Positions 38,533 through 51,625 of a stretch of DNA of 64,000 nucleotides are shown one piece after another. The translations under genes were made by a program, and so were the position numbers. This stretch comes from Octopus sinensis (lineage: Eukaryota). The notes beneath the pieces are model-generated. The model saw only the letters and a program-made list of their open reading frames with translations. It searched no databases and was not told where the DNA came from. The stretch is taken from assembly GCF_006345805.1 (NCBI RefSeq), contig NC_043013.1:54932001-54996000 (forward strand), written 5' to 3'. Numbering within the stretch: the stretch's first letter is position 1; the number at the start of each line of letters is the position of its first letter.

Positions 38533-38878
38533 GGTAAGGGGTAAAGACCTCCTTTAGTCATTAATGACCATGGGATTGAACCTAGAAAGTTCCTCTCTGC
38601 AGCAGAAGTCTGGGCAAGGTTGTTTATGGAAGCCCAACAGTCGCCCATGCATACCAGCCTCCACTCTCCATGCCACCGATGTTATCCAAGGAAAAGGCAA
38701 AAGCTGACACAACTTGGCACTCGTGACATCTCAACTCATTTCTACAGCTGAGTGAACTGGAGCAACATGAAATAAAGTGTCTTGCTTAAGAACACAACAC
38801 ACATCCCAGTTCAGGAATTGAACTTACTATCTCCTGATCATGAGTCTGACACTGTAACCACTGAGCCATGTGCCTTCA
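38533..38878 (-). mobile_element. SINE family C, full-length
   Basis: Colinear with 37665-38017. Confidence 0.85.
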
Positions 38879-39865
38879 CCAGAATATTATCTGTGTTTGG
38901 CTGTCAAATTTAATGTAATTTATCTGAGGTATTAAAAGTTTGCTCTCAACAAAGATAGATGAGGTATTAAATGTTGAAAATGGTTTGTAACTTAGTGTGT
39001 GAATTCACTGGTAACATTTAGAAAAACAAACCAGAAGGGAACTAAGGAAATATGAATAAATTATAAACTGAACACTCATATGACAATCTTCTTTCAGTTC
39101 TCACGTGACAAATCTACTCATCAGGTTTGCGGAGGGGAGGGGAGAGGGCGTGTGTGTGAGGGAGAGTTATAGTAGAAAACACTTGCCCACAACAATGCTG
39201 TTTGCCCCATTTTTATAGACGTAGACAGACACACAGACACTCCCATGTTATTCCAGTTTATTACATTACCTACCCAGATTTCAATATTGAATGAAAAAAC
39301 AAGTTATTTTGATTTCATTTTTGTTTTGCTGTCACTAAATTTACATAATGCTCAAAGAATGCAAAGATTAACTGAAAATCTAAAATTTTAATATTACCAT
39401 AATTCTTATTGATTTTTAGCATTTCTTTTTTCCATAAAATTAATATTTCATGGATACAAGTGAATAAAAATTAAACTTGATTTGGAAATTATTTTTTAAA
39501 AGACTAAATTAATTCATCAGACTCTAATTACATCTTGTCCATATTCAGGGCTTTGGACTCCAATAATTATGTCAAAATAGTTACAAAATTTACACCTTTG
39601 TATATATGTTTTTTTTATTTAAATCAGTTTTATGATTATTTTAATCATATTTATTTACTTTTGTTATGTAATTCTTCATATTGCCTTTATAAAATGTTAT
39701 CTCACATTCTTGTTAGCTTTTGTTTTGTGCTGGGCTTTCTGCAGAACTGCCATTTTCCTTCGCTTGTCTCTTTTCTTCTAATGTTATAGTGAGTATGCAT
39801 TTCATCACTATGGTAACTGAAGTGAGTGATATTTAGACAAACACCTGTGTTTATACACACATAGA

Positions 39866-40206
39866 TCAGAGACCCCCTTGGGTCACGAATGACCATGGGA
39901 CTGCACCTAGAAAGTTGCCTTCTGAGGCACAAGTCTGGGCAAGGTTGTTTATAGGAGACCAGCTGTCACCCATGCTTACCAGCCTCCCCTCCCCACACCA
40001 CTGATGTCATCCAAGGGAAAGGCAAAGGCCATGATACAGCTTGGCACCAGTGAAGTTGCAACACATTTCTACAGCTGAATGAACTGGAGCAATGTGAAAT
40101 AAAGTGTCTTGCTCAAGAACACAACATGCAGCCTGGTCCAGGATTCAAACTCACAACCTCACAATTGTAAGCTCGATGCTCTAACCATTGAGCCATGCAC
40201 CTTCAC
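39866..40206 (-). mobile_element. SINE family C, full-length
   Basis: Colinear with 37665-38017. Confidence 0.85.
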
Positions 40207-40427
40207 GTGTATATATATATGTATACACACACACACATACATACATGGAGGAGAGGGAGAGAGAGATATGTTAAGGCAATGTAAGGTAAACTAAGTATTT
40301 ACTGTTGAGGTGACTATGCTAAGACTGGAGTAAAATTTATTGTAAAGATCTGCTGGACTGGTTCTTCAAGTTACGTCCACTCTCCAGCTGAAAGGTGTAA
40401 CTTGAAGTCCAGTTACCTTTAATTTTA

Positions 40428-40492
<65 letters not shown>

Positions 40493-41214
40493 AATGTATA
40501 TAGATAGTTGTCTAACAGCTAAAAGAGAAAAGTTATTCTCCTGAGACATACACAACAGTGCTCAGCACATTTTGCACCTGAGCCTAACTAGACATGTTAA
40601 GAATATGTCTGCTAATAGTTTCTGATTTTGCTGTAAATGATGCAAACAACTGTAATTGCAGTATGTCACAAAACGACCATCTTGAGTTCAATAGTCTTTG
40701 AGAGAAGGTGAACAGTGAGCAAAACATTGGTCAGGCCTCTGAGGCAAGTTGTGCCAGGTGTTTTCCTATTCATCTGCTGTTGTTGATGTCTCTTGTTTCC
40801 ATTTGTGTTTCAGTTACCATAAAGTCAGAACGCTGGCTGCCAGTTCTGTCACTGTGCACGCCTTAGGGATTAAGAATATCATTTATATGAATTAAAATTG
40901 TTTTGTATGAGCTCATGTGAATATGTGTATCAGAAAGACAAAGAGAGAGAGAGAGAGAGGAGGGGAGAGAGAGAAAGAGAGATGGACAGACAATGTGTGT
41001 GTGTGGGTGTGTGTGGATGCCTCGTGAAACTGGATATGAACATTAGATTGCATTTAGTTTGCAAAGCAAATGAGGAGAAGATAAATGAATTAGGACTCTG
41101 AGCCCTCACACAAACCCCTAAGTTAGACTTCAAAGGGGTTTGTAGATACATCGAGATTTGGTAAGCTGACATGGATTATTATCTCAGAAAACATTTCCTC
41201 CAATTATCTTTTAT

Positions 41215-41606
41215 CTGTTATTTGCTTTAGTCATTAGACAATGGCCATGCTGGAGTACCACCTTGAAGACTTTTAGTTGAATGAATTGACCCCAGAAATT
41301 ATGTTTTTTAAAAGCCTAGCACTTATTTTATCAGTCTTTTGCCAAACTGCAAAGTTATGGGGATGTAAACACACCAATACCTGTCGTCAAGTGGTGGTAG
41401 GAAAAAAACACCCCCATAAAGGCAAACACACATACACACACACATATTTACATACAAAGGGCTTCTTTCAGTTTCCATCTATGAAATCCACTCACAAAGC
41501 TCTGGTTGGCCCAGGGTTATAGAAGACAATTGCCCAAGCTGTCACACAGTGAGACTGAACACAGAACTATGCGGTTGGGAAGCAAGCTTCTTGCCACTCA
41601 GACATG
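41215..41606 (-). mobile_element. SINE family A, degenerate full-length
   Basis: Reverse complement from tail to head. Confidence 0.78.
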
Positions 41607-41775
41607 TCAATTTATGCTCATAAACAAGGGTTAATCATAAAAAAGATTACAATGCTAGTAGTTACTATACCAAGATATATATATATATATAAAATTTCAG
41701 GGTGAATACTTGATAATTGTAAGCACTTGTATATGCCAGTTAGTGGTGTAGGTGATAGGGTATATTTATCAAAAT

Positions 41776-42265
41776 AAAAACATGATGCAAAGGATTTAGT
41801 GGTACATATGTTTCTGGCCTTTATTAGACAGTTTATATCAATGCATAATTGATGTAATATGTATGTCAGTAGCCTTCTTCAGCCACACACAATTACTACT
41901 CCAAGGACATGTATTACATTATAAGTTTGGTAAAAAGACGATTTACTTTGGGAATGCAAATCCTCATAGTTGTGTACAACAGAGCGAGGCACCAAAACAA
42001 AAACAAAGCGTCCATCCCGTTTTTCACTTGATGTAGAATGTTTGTTTTTATTTTGGTGCCTCGCTCTGTTGTACACGACTATGAGGATTTGCATCCCCAA
42101 CGTAAATCGTCCGAACTTATAATGTAATACATGTCCTTGACGTAGTAATTGTGCACGGCTGAAGAAGGCTATTGACATACATATTACATCAATTATGCAT
42201 TGATATAAACTGTCTAATAAAGGCCAGAAACATATGTACCACTAAATCCTTTGCATCATGTTTTT
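41776..42265. repeat. Foldback element: ~230-bp inverted arms (41776-42007 / 42041-42265), 33-bp spacer, hammerhead-like motif in each arm
   Basis: Arms are reverse complements with scattered differences; each carries CTGAAGA ... GAAACATATGTA. Confidence 0.92.
42155..42242 (+). ncRNA. Hammerhead-like motif with palindromic stem III (mirror copy at 41798-41886, minus strand)
   Basis: gg-CTGAAGA-a-ggc-tatt-gaca...tgtc-t-aata-aag-gcc-a-GAAA-CATATG-T-A-ccac; GUA cleavage triplet. Confidence 0.55.
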
Positions 42266-42269
42266 CTTT

Positions 42270-42306
<37 letters not shown>

Positions 42307-42829
42307 CATGTACTATTTTACTACAGTATTATGTTATTTCTATATTACTGTATAAATAAACTAGTGCCATTAGTAACTCTATTACTGCTAATTTGCCAAA
42401 ATTTGTAGCATGGATGTATTGTGAGTGATTAAAGCTGTCCTTTTAAATAACATCTCTGTTTAAAATAATGAGGGTTCATTCAGTGCTTGGTACCTGAATA
42501 TTCTATCCTCTGGCATTGACAAACTCATTTGTAATCAATAAGAATGTCTGACATTGTATATTCTCATGATGTTATTGTGATCATATTGGTGTTGTTTACT
42601 GAGCAGATCTATGATAAGAGTTGTTTCATTTTTATTGAAACCATCTTTTCCAGGTATCATGTATCTACAACTTCATTACCTGATATCGTACACACTTTTT
42701 TTGAGATGATAAAATAGAACAGAAGAGAATTTTGGAAACCATTTCTTACAGTTTGACTGAGTTGAAGTTACTTCTTTAATGTTTGTAACGACAAATCATA
42801 ACAAACTAATATTGTAGCTTCTGATTTAG

Positions 42830-43010
42830 GTCAGCAAATTTGAGGTGAGCAGGTTTGGTCAATTTCATCAAATCTAATCCTTGACTCTGCCTTATCTTTT
42901 ATTGACCCCTGAAAGAATGACTGATGAAATTGACTGTTGTTGAATTTGAACTCTGAATGTAAAGTATTTTTCTGGCATTCAAATGGTTCTGCTAACTCAC
43001 CACCTGACAA
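42830..43010 (-). mobile_element. SINE family B, degenerate
   Basis: attgacccctgaaaga...gaatttgaactctgaatgtaaag. Confidence 0.6.
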
Positions 43011-43789
43011 CTGCAATAACATCATTTCAATTCTATAAGCTTTAGAATGTAAGGAAGAACAAACCTTATAGAGTGTTTGATTTAGGTGGAGGTTGATGAA
43101 GAGGAATATAAAAGAGTGTTTAGTGTCCTTCAAATGGTGGCAATAACATAGAAATGTTTAAACATATTATTTGAAAATATATTACAACTTTTTATGTCAT
43201 TTTAAAAGTTTGGTAACCAACCAAACTTGAACGTTTTGATCAAAGTATCGTTGCTATCACTATAACATCATTTTAAAAATACTCTTTACATAGAACCTAT
43301 TTCAGTTATTATAATAAAATAAAAGTTATAGTTTCACAAAATTTAAAAAAAAAAGAACTAAAAAAATAAAATTCATGAATTGAATAGTGTTTTGGATTTT
43401 GTAACGAAATCAATGTATCTTGATAGATGGAAAAATGTTTCTGCTCATAGCTTGAAGTGATATGAAATTTTAAACATTAAGTATGAAGTATAATTTTTAT
43501 TATTTTATATAATATTGCTTATTTCTTATAGATTATATTCTGAATATTTTAGGCAATTTTATGTTTAATTTCTTGCATAAAATGGATCATATTAGTTAGA
43601 TTGTAAATGTCAAGCTGAAGAATGTTTGTAATAATATTAATCTGAGGACAATCATATTTAGAAAAAAACTATTACATTAAATTTGGATTAAACTTTTAAT
43701 CAGTGCTTCATATAAGTTTAGTTATTTATACAGCAGAGCTTATAACGACATAGTTGATATTAACTTGAAATATATGATTGGTGGTGAAT

Positions 43790-43925
43790 CATAGACATGG
43801 CTGTTTAGTTTAGATGTTTGTTTCTCAATTATGTGGTTTCAAGTTCAGTTCCACACTCTGAGCAACATCTTCCACTGTACCCCCCACCCCAGGTCAAATA
43901 GGCCTTGTAAGTAGATTTAGTCTTT
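43790..43925 (+). mobile_element. SINE family A, degenerate 5' half
   Basis: agacatggctgtttagtt...aagttcagttcc...ggccttgtaagtagatttag. Confidence 0.55.
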
Positions 43926-44557
43926 TGTGAAAACATGTCCAGACATGGGGAAATATTACCTTATTTGGGAATAGGTAAGAGCTAGTAGGAAGAAGAGCAT
44001 GTGGACAAAAAACACCTACCTGACTGAATTCTGTCTGACCTGTGCAAGCATGGAAAACTGAATTTTAAAATGATTGTAATAATGCTGAGGGTAAAAGAGA
44101 AACTGGTTTTGACAGTCTGATCATAGATGTTCCAACCATGACCACTGATGTCTTTTGTTTGCAGGACTACTTAATGCAAACTCTTATCCATTTTTTAAAA
44201 AGTAGAGTGACTTGAGGGATATTTGGCTGTTATTTCTGGCGACTACTCCACATAAAGATCTTCAGTATTGCTTTACACCCTGTTCGTGACATACTGTAAT
44301 CTTGATGCTAAGGATTTGCCTGATGATGTAAAAAGCTGCTTCAATCATTATTGCTATTGAAATTTTTAATTAGGTTTGAAGAAACTTTTAACAAATATTT
44401 TGAACAATGTTCCATTTACTAATAAAATAAATTTGTTTATGCTAAGTTCCATTATTGTCTGTTTAGTGTTTGGCAACAAAATAATAAAGGGTGTTATTTA
44501 GGGTGAGATCGGCTCTGATTAAAAGACATTTCTACCAGGACCATGCAGTCATTTCAA

Positions 44558-44762
44558 TCTTTTAGCATTTAAACCGGCCGTATTTGGCCCAAATATTCTT
44601 TTCCCTTTATGCTCGGACCAGTCAGATCTGGCTGCCTACATCTACTCTACAATATCATTTGAGAAATAAAATTACAAAGCTGTGAGATAATGCTTGATGA
44701 ATTCAAAACAATGTGAATAAATAAGCATTACATTTGTACAGAATAATCTGAATGCAAAAAGG
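44558..44762. mobile_element. TTAA-type MITE (second family)
   Basis: tcaa|tcttttagcatt ... aatgcaaaaagg|ttaa. Confidence 0.55.
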
Positions 44763-46029
44763 TTAAAAAATTTAGAACAACATTATGCCATATGCCTTTC
44801 TTTTTCTCAAATGAACAAGGCTTCGAGTCATAGATTTGTGGTTAGATCAACTCTGAGTTAGAGTAAAACAACAACAATAATAACACTAAGTATATAAAAA
44901 TCAACAGATCAATATTTACTATGAGGTTGATATCAGTTTAGATTCAAATGGTATTATTAATGAACATTTTCTCTTTATGTTAAAAAAAAAAACCCTTGAA
45001 AAAAATATGAAAAAGATCACAATCAACAAATTCATTGTTTATTTGAGAGGAATGTGATGTTTTTAGCATTATAATTGTGTTATTTCAGTAAATCCAAAAA
45101 CTATTTCAAACATCTATTAATTTAACAATGATATTTTTTCAATGTATGCAAAAGCTCTCCTGATACAATTTCTAACAACAAGGCCTTCAATATACATAAC
45201 GATATCCTTTGATCAAGCTGCACTTATTGCAGGTAACATTAACTGGATGTATTCATTAAATATTTAAATTGAATTACAGAGATTTCATGCTTCAAATGCA
45301 ATGTGTCAAATATATTTTAGTTACAGGGAAAAAGTAAAAATATTCCCAAAAATGTGTTTTTCCTTATTCACAATCTCTCTTTCCCCCTCCTTCTCTCCCT
45401 CTCCCTCTCTCTCTCTGAAAGATATGTTAAAAACGTTGATATTTCAAAAAGTAGCAGGAAATTGAATTTTTTTATTAAATTTTCTTTTCTTCGGATTCTT
45501 TTCTTTGGAATTTCTATAATGGATTCATTTCTACATTTCAAAATTTCAAGTTATTAAATGATAACTGCAATGGATATATCTTTTTCCTTGAGTTGTTTTG
45601 TTAAACAAAATTTGAATACAACTTGTCTGTATGTACATGAGTTACAAATAATTTTATTTCTAGTTGATTACATTAAATTGTCATTATGTTTCTCACAAAC
45701 ACAGATGCAAAACATTGGAATAAACAAACAGTTCTTCCAAATTGAAAATCATTGATAAAACTTGCCAATGAAATTACTAAGCTAAAAGAAAACAAGTTAT
45801 TAGACTCTCAAACTTAAAATTAATGATAAAGTACACTTTGAATTTGAAGCTTGATTTTACCAATCTCTATCGTCCAAATTATTGGGGGTAAATCCTAAGA
45901 TATCAAAATAATTACATTTATCAAAGTATAAGTAGTCATTGAAACAGTGAGAGAATTTATGAAAAGAAAAAATAACAGAACAAATAGATAGAAAGAGGCG
46001 GAATCCCATGTCTCATGCAACAAACTGAG

Positions 46030-46701
46030 GAGGATGCTAGAAGTAAAGAACTCTGGTTGAGGTTGCCAGTTGAAAACATGAAACAAAAAACAGAATGTCT
46101 GGTTTGGGTGCTCAGAAACGAGCTATTGGAATGAATTTGATATTGACAAAGATTGATAAAACTTAGTCACAGAGCAAAAGGGGAATCTGTCGAAAAGCGG
46201 GTGAAAATACTAACCATCTTCTAAACGAACGCAATAAGCTATCAGAGAAAGAGTGTAAGCACAAGTATGACAATGTAAGTGAAAGAGCACATTGGAATGG
46301 AAAAGTGGTATGAGAAGGAGCCAGATGGTGGATGATAAGTACAAGATTTTGTAGGATATCTCCAATGAGACTGACAATAGTTTTGAAGTGAAGAGACCAG
46401 ATTTGATCGAAAAGGATTTGAAAAGAAAGCAATGTAAGATCATTCATATTTCAATTCCATTTGAGAGTAGAGTGGGTGCAAAAGAGAAAATTAAGAATTA
46501 ATAAGATTTAGCCAGAGAGATGAAAATGCTGTAGAACACAAAGGTAAAAATTGTTCCTGAAGTAATTGGTGCACTTAGCAAAACACCTAAGCTGCTACCT
46601 AAGGGGCTGAAGGATACTGGAGTTGCAAAATGCATTGTTGAGCTGTACAAAGTACCATCGTGTATTGGGCAAGAATCCTAAGGAAGAGTTTTGAGATCTG
46701 A
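46030..46701 (+). pseudogene. R4/Dong-like RLE non-LTR retrotransposon, C-terminal remnant
   Basis: GAQKRAIGMN..KIDKT; ICRKAGENTNHLLNERNKLSEKECKHKYDNV..HW (CCHC knuckle and RHD-like motif); KRPDLI; HISIPFESRV; KVKIVPEVIGAL; RILRRVLEI*; many lesions. Confidence 0.8.
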
Positions 46702-46999
46702 AGAGATTTGTTGTCACCAAACCTCAAGATAACATGTATGCAAATAAAATGAGAATGTAACATCTTTTGAACAATCTCCCCACCCCTACTCATCTCATGC
46801 TGCTATCTGGGCACAGCATTCCCACTGTCTATCTTTTTGTAGTTCCTAATGATAATTCTCTTCCACCCCTACAAAACATGAGCAGCCATGCACTTTGTCT
46901 ACAAGAACCTGCTCTACGCTCTCCCTAACCCCCCTCATACTGTAACCTGTCATCTGCTAGCAAAAGGCACCTCCCTCTAAGTTTGTCATCTTGTGAGCG

Positions 47000-47190
47000 G
47001 CATGGCAGCCTCACTAGTACAGGTGTCATGAAAAAAGCACCACCAAGTGCACACTGTGAAGTGGTTGGCATTAGGAATGGTGTCAGGCTGTAGAGACCAA
47101 GTCACAGCAGACATTGGAGTATGATACAGTCTTTGGACCAGCCAGATTCTTTTAAACGATCCAACCCATGTTAGTATGGAACACGGCTAA
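47000..47190 (+). mobile_element. RTE-type LINE 3' terminal fragment (degenerate)
   Basis: gtggttggcattaggaatgg...gatccaacccatgttagtatggaa. Confidence 0.7.
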
Positions 47191-47644
47191 GCTAACTAAC
47201 CATTTTCCAATGCTCAAATAGTTCTGCTAACAGGCTACCTTCAATAATAACGATGACAACAATGATTTCTTTTCTTTTGCAAAAGGATTGTCGGATGAAG
47301 GTGATATTACAAAGACAGATTACAATTCGATGGAAGGGGCTCAGACATGCATTTGACTGAGAAAAGACGATAATAATTATCATAATAAAATGTTAGAAAT
47401 AATAACTGAAAATTAAAGACATTTTCTCATTTTCCCATTTTCGAAGTTATATCTTTTGTATTCAATTTTCAAAAATTGAAGAAATTCAAGCTTAAACCCT
47501 GATGTGTAAACTTGTATCCAATATTTTCTGTAGCCCATCTTTTATACAAAGACAAAACAATGATAGCACTTCCATTCAGTTGTGATCAGAAGGCAAGAGA
47601 GCCACTGTCTGGTACTGCATCAGGACATATTATTATTATTATTA

Positions 47645-47683
<39 letters not shown>

Positions 47684-47685
<2 letters not shown>

Positions 47686-48005
47686 GAGTGAGAGAGCAGT
47701 GCATGCCATCAAAGTGACACTGGAGTAAAATATACGAAACCCAGTATACCCATCATGACTACCCATTTGATAAGGGTACATCAGGCACATGCATCACAAC
47801 CATATGTGTGCAACATGGTGATCTCATATCAAGATAAACAGTGCATGGCCTTGCAGGTGGGGGCCCAGTTAGAATTTTCTTCAGGTCAAGGAGCCCATCC
47901 CACTCAAAACGTCCCTGAATAAGGATTGTTTAAGGATGTTGAATGAACCACCCACGTTTCCAAAGGTGAATTATCCAAACCTCTAAGATTTCTTTTCAAC
48001 ACACA
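47684..48005 (-). mobile_element. Interspersed repeat family F inside an (ATT)n tract
   Basis: Colinear with 17161-17610; (ATT)n on both flanks. Confidence 0.8.
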
Positions 48006-48012
48006 TGTTATA

Positions 48013-48045
<33 letters not shown>

Positions 48046-48649
48046 TCAATTCATTACAGCTTGGTACACATTTGTTCTTAATAAATATACCAACGATGAA
48101 AGAAAAGATATCAGGTTCTACCTCGACACAATTGCATGTTCAGGTTGGACACTTTGCAAAAGGGAACCAAGCCATTGGGATAAACTGTGCAGAAAAATAC
48201 TTTAATGGCAGTTATGTAAAGAAGGCGTCGTTGAAGCCTACCTTTTTTTTTTTTTTGCTATTTATTTATTAGAATCTCTTTAACTAGAAATCAAGAGTAA
48301 ATAAGGTGCAGTTCTCTATTGAAACTGTTCTTCTCTCTTCGTTGGACATTTTAAATCCTCCTCTGTTAAATGACATTCATGTTTTGTTCAATGGAGTTTA
48401 TTGAGATGGAGAAGTATCTTAAATTAATAAGAACAAGGATTTCGTATGGAAACAGTAAGTATAAAAGAATCAATCTGGATTTGACTGGTTCTTAATTTTA
48501 TCAACAAAAAAAAAAAAGGACAAGAAGCAAGTTTGATCCAAGAATAATTTGAATCTACCGATTCTGCCTGTTGATAATACTACCACCACCACCACCATCT
48601 CTACTACTACTAATAGTAATGATAATAAATAATTCTTTCAAATTTTGAC

Positions 48650-49075
48650 AAAAAGTCAACTATTTTAGAGGCAGAGGTAAGTCAATAACATCGACCCCCC
48701 CCCCGTTTTCAACTGGTACCTATTTTATCGACCCAACCCCCAAAGGTGAAAGGTAAATTGAAGTGAAGTGGTATTTGAACTCAGAACATAAAGCAGGAAA
48801 TGCCACTAACTGTTTTGGCCAGTATGCTAGCAATTCTGCCAATTTGCCGCCTTGATGATGATGAGGATAATAATATTGATGATGATGATGATGATAATAA
48901 TAATAATTTTGAGAGGAGGAGTTTGTTGATACCAAAGGTCCCAGTATCTTATTGACCCTAGAGGGGTTGAAGGCAAAGTAGATCCCGGTGAAATTTAAAA
49001 TGAAAATGCCAGGAGCTGTAACCCAGTACCACAAAGCATTTTGTCCAATGTCCTAATGATCCCAATGCATTGATT
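48650..49075 (-). mobile_element. SINE family B, two copies
   Basis: atttgaactcagaacataaagc...ctagcaattctgcc; second degenerate copy at ~48930-49075. Confidence 0.7.
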
Positions 49076-49104
49076 TTCATTTCAAATAAAATTAGGATAA
49101 TGCA

Positions 49105-49296
49105 AGTTTGTGCAACTGGCACTCCTTTAGTTATGGCAACGAGTGTTCCAGTTGATTCAATCAACAGAACAGCTCACTTGAAACACTAACATGCAAGTGG
49201 CTGCGTGCTCCACGGACACACGTACTGTTGATGTATTTCTCAGGGAGATTCAACATGATACAGAATGCATCAAGGCTGACCCTTTGAAGTACAGGT
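49105..49296 (-). mobile_element. Interspersed repeat family E fragment (unclassified)
   Basis: rc acctgtacttcaaagggtcagcc...cagccacttgcatgtt...ggagtgccag; recognised from memory as an octopus repeat; single copy in this window. Confidence 0.4.
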
Positions 49297-49590
49297 CCTA
49301 CATAGCCTGGGCTTCAAAGGTCCACAGCTCTTCAATATCCTCCCGAAGGACCTGAGAGACCTGCATGGGGTGGATGCAGATGTCTTTAAAATAAAGCTGG
49401 ACCTCTTCCTGTCAGATGTCCCAGATAAAACAACTTCACGGCAGGAGGTGCAGATGAGGGCAGCTGTATCAAACTCTCTCATGCACCAAATGTCAATTGC
49501 TAAAAAGCATTTGTGAAGTAAAATCATGTAGCAACACCGAATGGCGGTGCCCCAGCATGGCCACAGCTCGTGAGCTGAAACTTGATGAAA
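49297..49590 (+). pseudogene. CR1/L2-group LINE 3' end (RT C-terminus plus tail shared with SINE A)
   Basis: SLGFKGPQLFNILPKDLRDLHGVDADVFKIKLDLFLSDVPDKTTSRQEVQMRAAVSNSLMHQ...* (stop 49514-16), then ggcggtgccccagcatggccacagctcgtgagctgaaac. Confidence 0.8.
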
Positions 49591-49599
49591 TTAAAAATA

Positions 49600-49738
49600 T
49601 TTTTTGCCAGCTGAGTGAACTGGAGCAATGTGAAATAAAGTATCTTGCTCAAGGACACAATAAACAGCTGACAATCAAACTGATGCCCTTACAAGCATGT
49701 GCCAAACACCCTAACCACTACACCACTTGCCTTCACAT
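49600..49738 (-). mobile_element. SINE family C, 5' fragment
   Basis: cagctgagtgaactggagcaatgtgaaataaagtatcttgctcaaggacacaa. Confidence 0.75.
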
Positions 49739-50882
49739 ATTTTCGTGTAAACAATGAATAAAGAAGAGAAATTTTATAATTTTAAAAATAAAACTTTATC
49801 CGTTTAAGCAAAGTTTATAATATAATCCATAATTGCAATAATTTTGTGTAAAACGGCATTGAATAAAGTATGTCTTTAGGCACCATTCATGTGGAAGATT
49901 AAACTGGACAAGAAGACCCCTAAGTGGATATAAAATATAGCATTGCAGCAACTCACATATTTGAAATAGTTGTTTAAACAGATGTCAAACCATTGCATTG
50001 TGGCTTACTTTAAATTTTGTCTGCTATTCATGATGTTATAATTCTCTGCAGAGTAAAAGAATAAATAAATGTGTTTAATTCAATGCAAGGAAAATATATA
50101 TTCACTCATTCCAACAGATAAAACCAAATGGAAATAGTGAATCTTATTATTAACCATTCATACTATTCCACAATGAGAATGGATATTGAAATACCAATAA
50201 TGATGGTGACGAGGCCTATGAGGAGAAAGAATACTAAGCTGTGGCCAGTTATATTTCCATTTATGGTTTATGAATTTCAGACATAAAACAGAATGGACTG
50301 GAAAGCTAACAGAGTAAATGTCAATGTTAAAATTTGAGGTTTAAGACGTGATTCAGGAAGATGCGTTTAGAACTTTTCAACCACACTTCAATAACAGAAG
50401 TTGAATGGTTGAACAAGAGGAAAGCTCATTTGTCAACTGCAATCTGCTGCCAGAAATGAAGAGCCAATCAGTCAGATTACACTGCAGTGATATCTTAATT
50501 AAAACTACTCAAAATTACTTTATATATGGCTGTTTTCAACAAAACCAACATCGTTATCTCTGTGAAAGGTGATACAGAGTTTAGTACCAGATTCCAGACT
50601 ATATCACAATCCCAAGATATATTTCCATGACAGGTGATGCATGAAAAATATAGAAATAAAATAATGAAACAAAATCCACTCCCCCAACCCCTTGCTACTC
50701 ATCGGGCATTGGGTACTTTTCTATTCTTTTTGAAAGATTCCAAATACTATTTTTAACTCAGAACATTTGCTGTCTTCATTTTTTTATGCACATTATTTAC
50801 GAAAGATATCTCAAAATATATCAACAACAATACTAAACACTAACCATATGATTAAAGCAAAAGAAGAAATGATTTTATAGTT

Positions 50883-51095
50883 GAAAAAACAAAGACAAAA
50901 AGATCCTAGACATTGCCATACTATATGGTAATAGGGGGGATGCCGAGGAAATTAAGAAAATCAAGAAATATAAGGACCTAATGGCAGAGAGGCTGACAAG
51001 ATTGTGGAAGACAAAGCTGACAATTGCACTTATGGTAATTGGCTTATGGGGCAGAACACACGAGATGCTAAGAGAGTGGAAGATATTGGAAGTGC
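50883..51095 (+). pseudogene. Second R4/Dong-like RLE remnant
   Basis: KILDIAILY..; EEIKKIKKYKDL; RLTRLWKTKLTIALMVIGLWG, resembling the endonuclease C-terminus at 46400-46600. Confidence 0.6.
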
Positions 51096-51625
51096 AGCAG
51101 CAGACACTTATCCAGGTGACATACAGTAGGAGTGAACCTCAATCTAGGTGCCATGCAGTAGGAGCGAACCTGAAATCATAGTTGTGAAGCAAATACCACC
51201 ACCACCCAGACAGCCATGCTCCTGTTGACAGTCAGGGGTCCAGATCTATCAACATATTAATTAATTAGTTATTAAACAGTAAACTAATCATGTGTAAACA
51301 GTTGAGAGAAGGAAAGAGAACATTTTTAATATAAATAGTTTGACTGATGTAAGAACATAATCTTAACTGATTTAAAGAATATATGGTAAATTTCCTGGTT
51401 TTAGCTTCACATTGAATCACTTGTCTAACATAACTCAGATAAATACAAGGATATTAGTTCACATAATACAGAGTTAGAGGATCTAAAAGCTTAGGATGTT
51501 GACAAATCTTATATATTTATTGATTTGTGGATTGCTGATAGTAAGTGATCCGTGTATATATGTCATTCTGACTGAACCAAGCTGCCAGCTTTTATGAATG
51601 TATTTTGCTCTTTTGCTTTGCACAG

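Noticed and set aside
50120-50260. Minus-strand hydrophobic stretch resembling a transmembrane helix (GHSLVFFLLIGLVTIIIGISISILIVGIV)
   Set aside because: No start codon or credible acceptor in frame; AT-rich DNA readily yields hydrophobic peptides.
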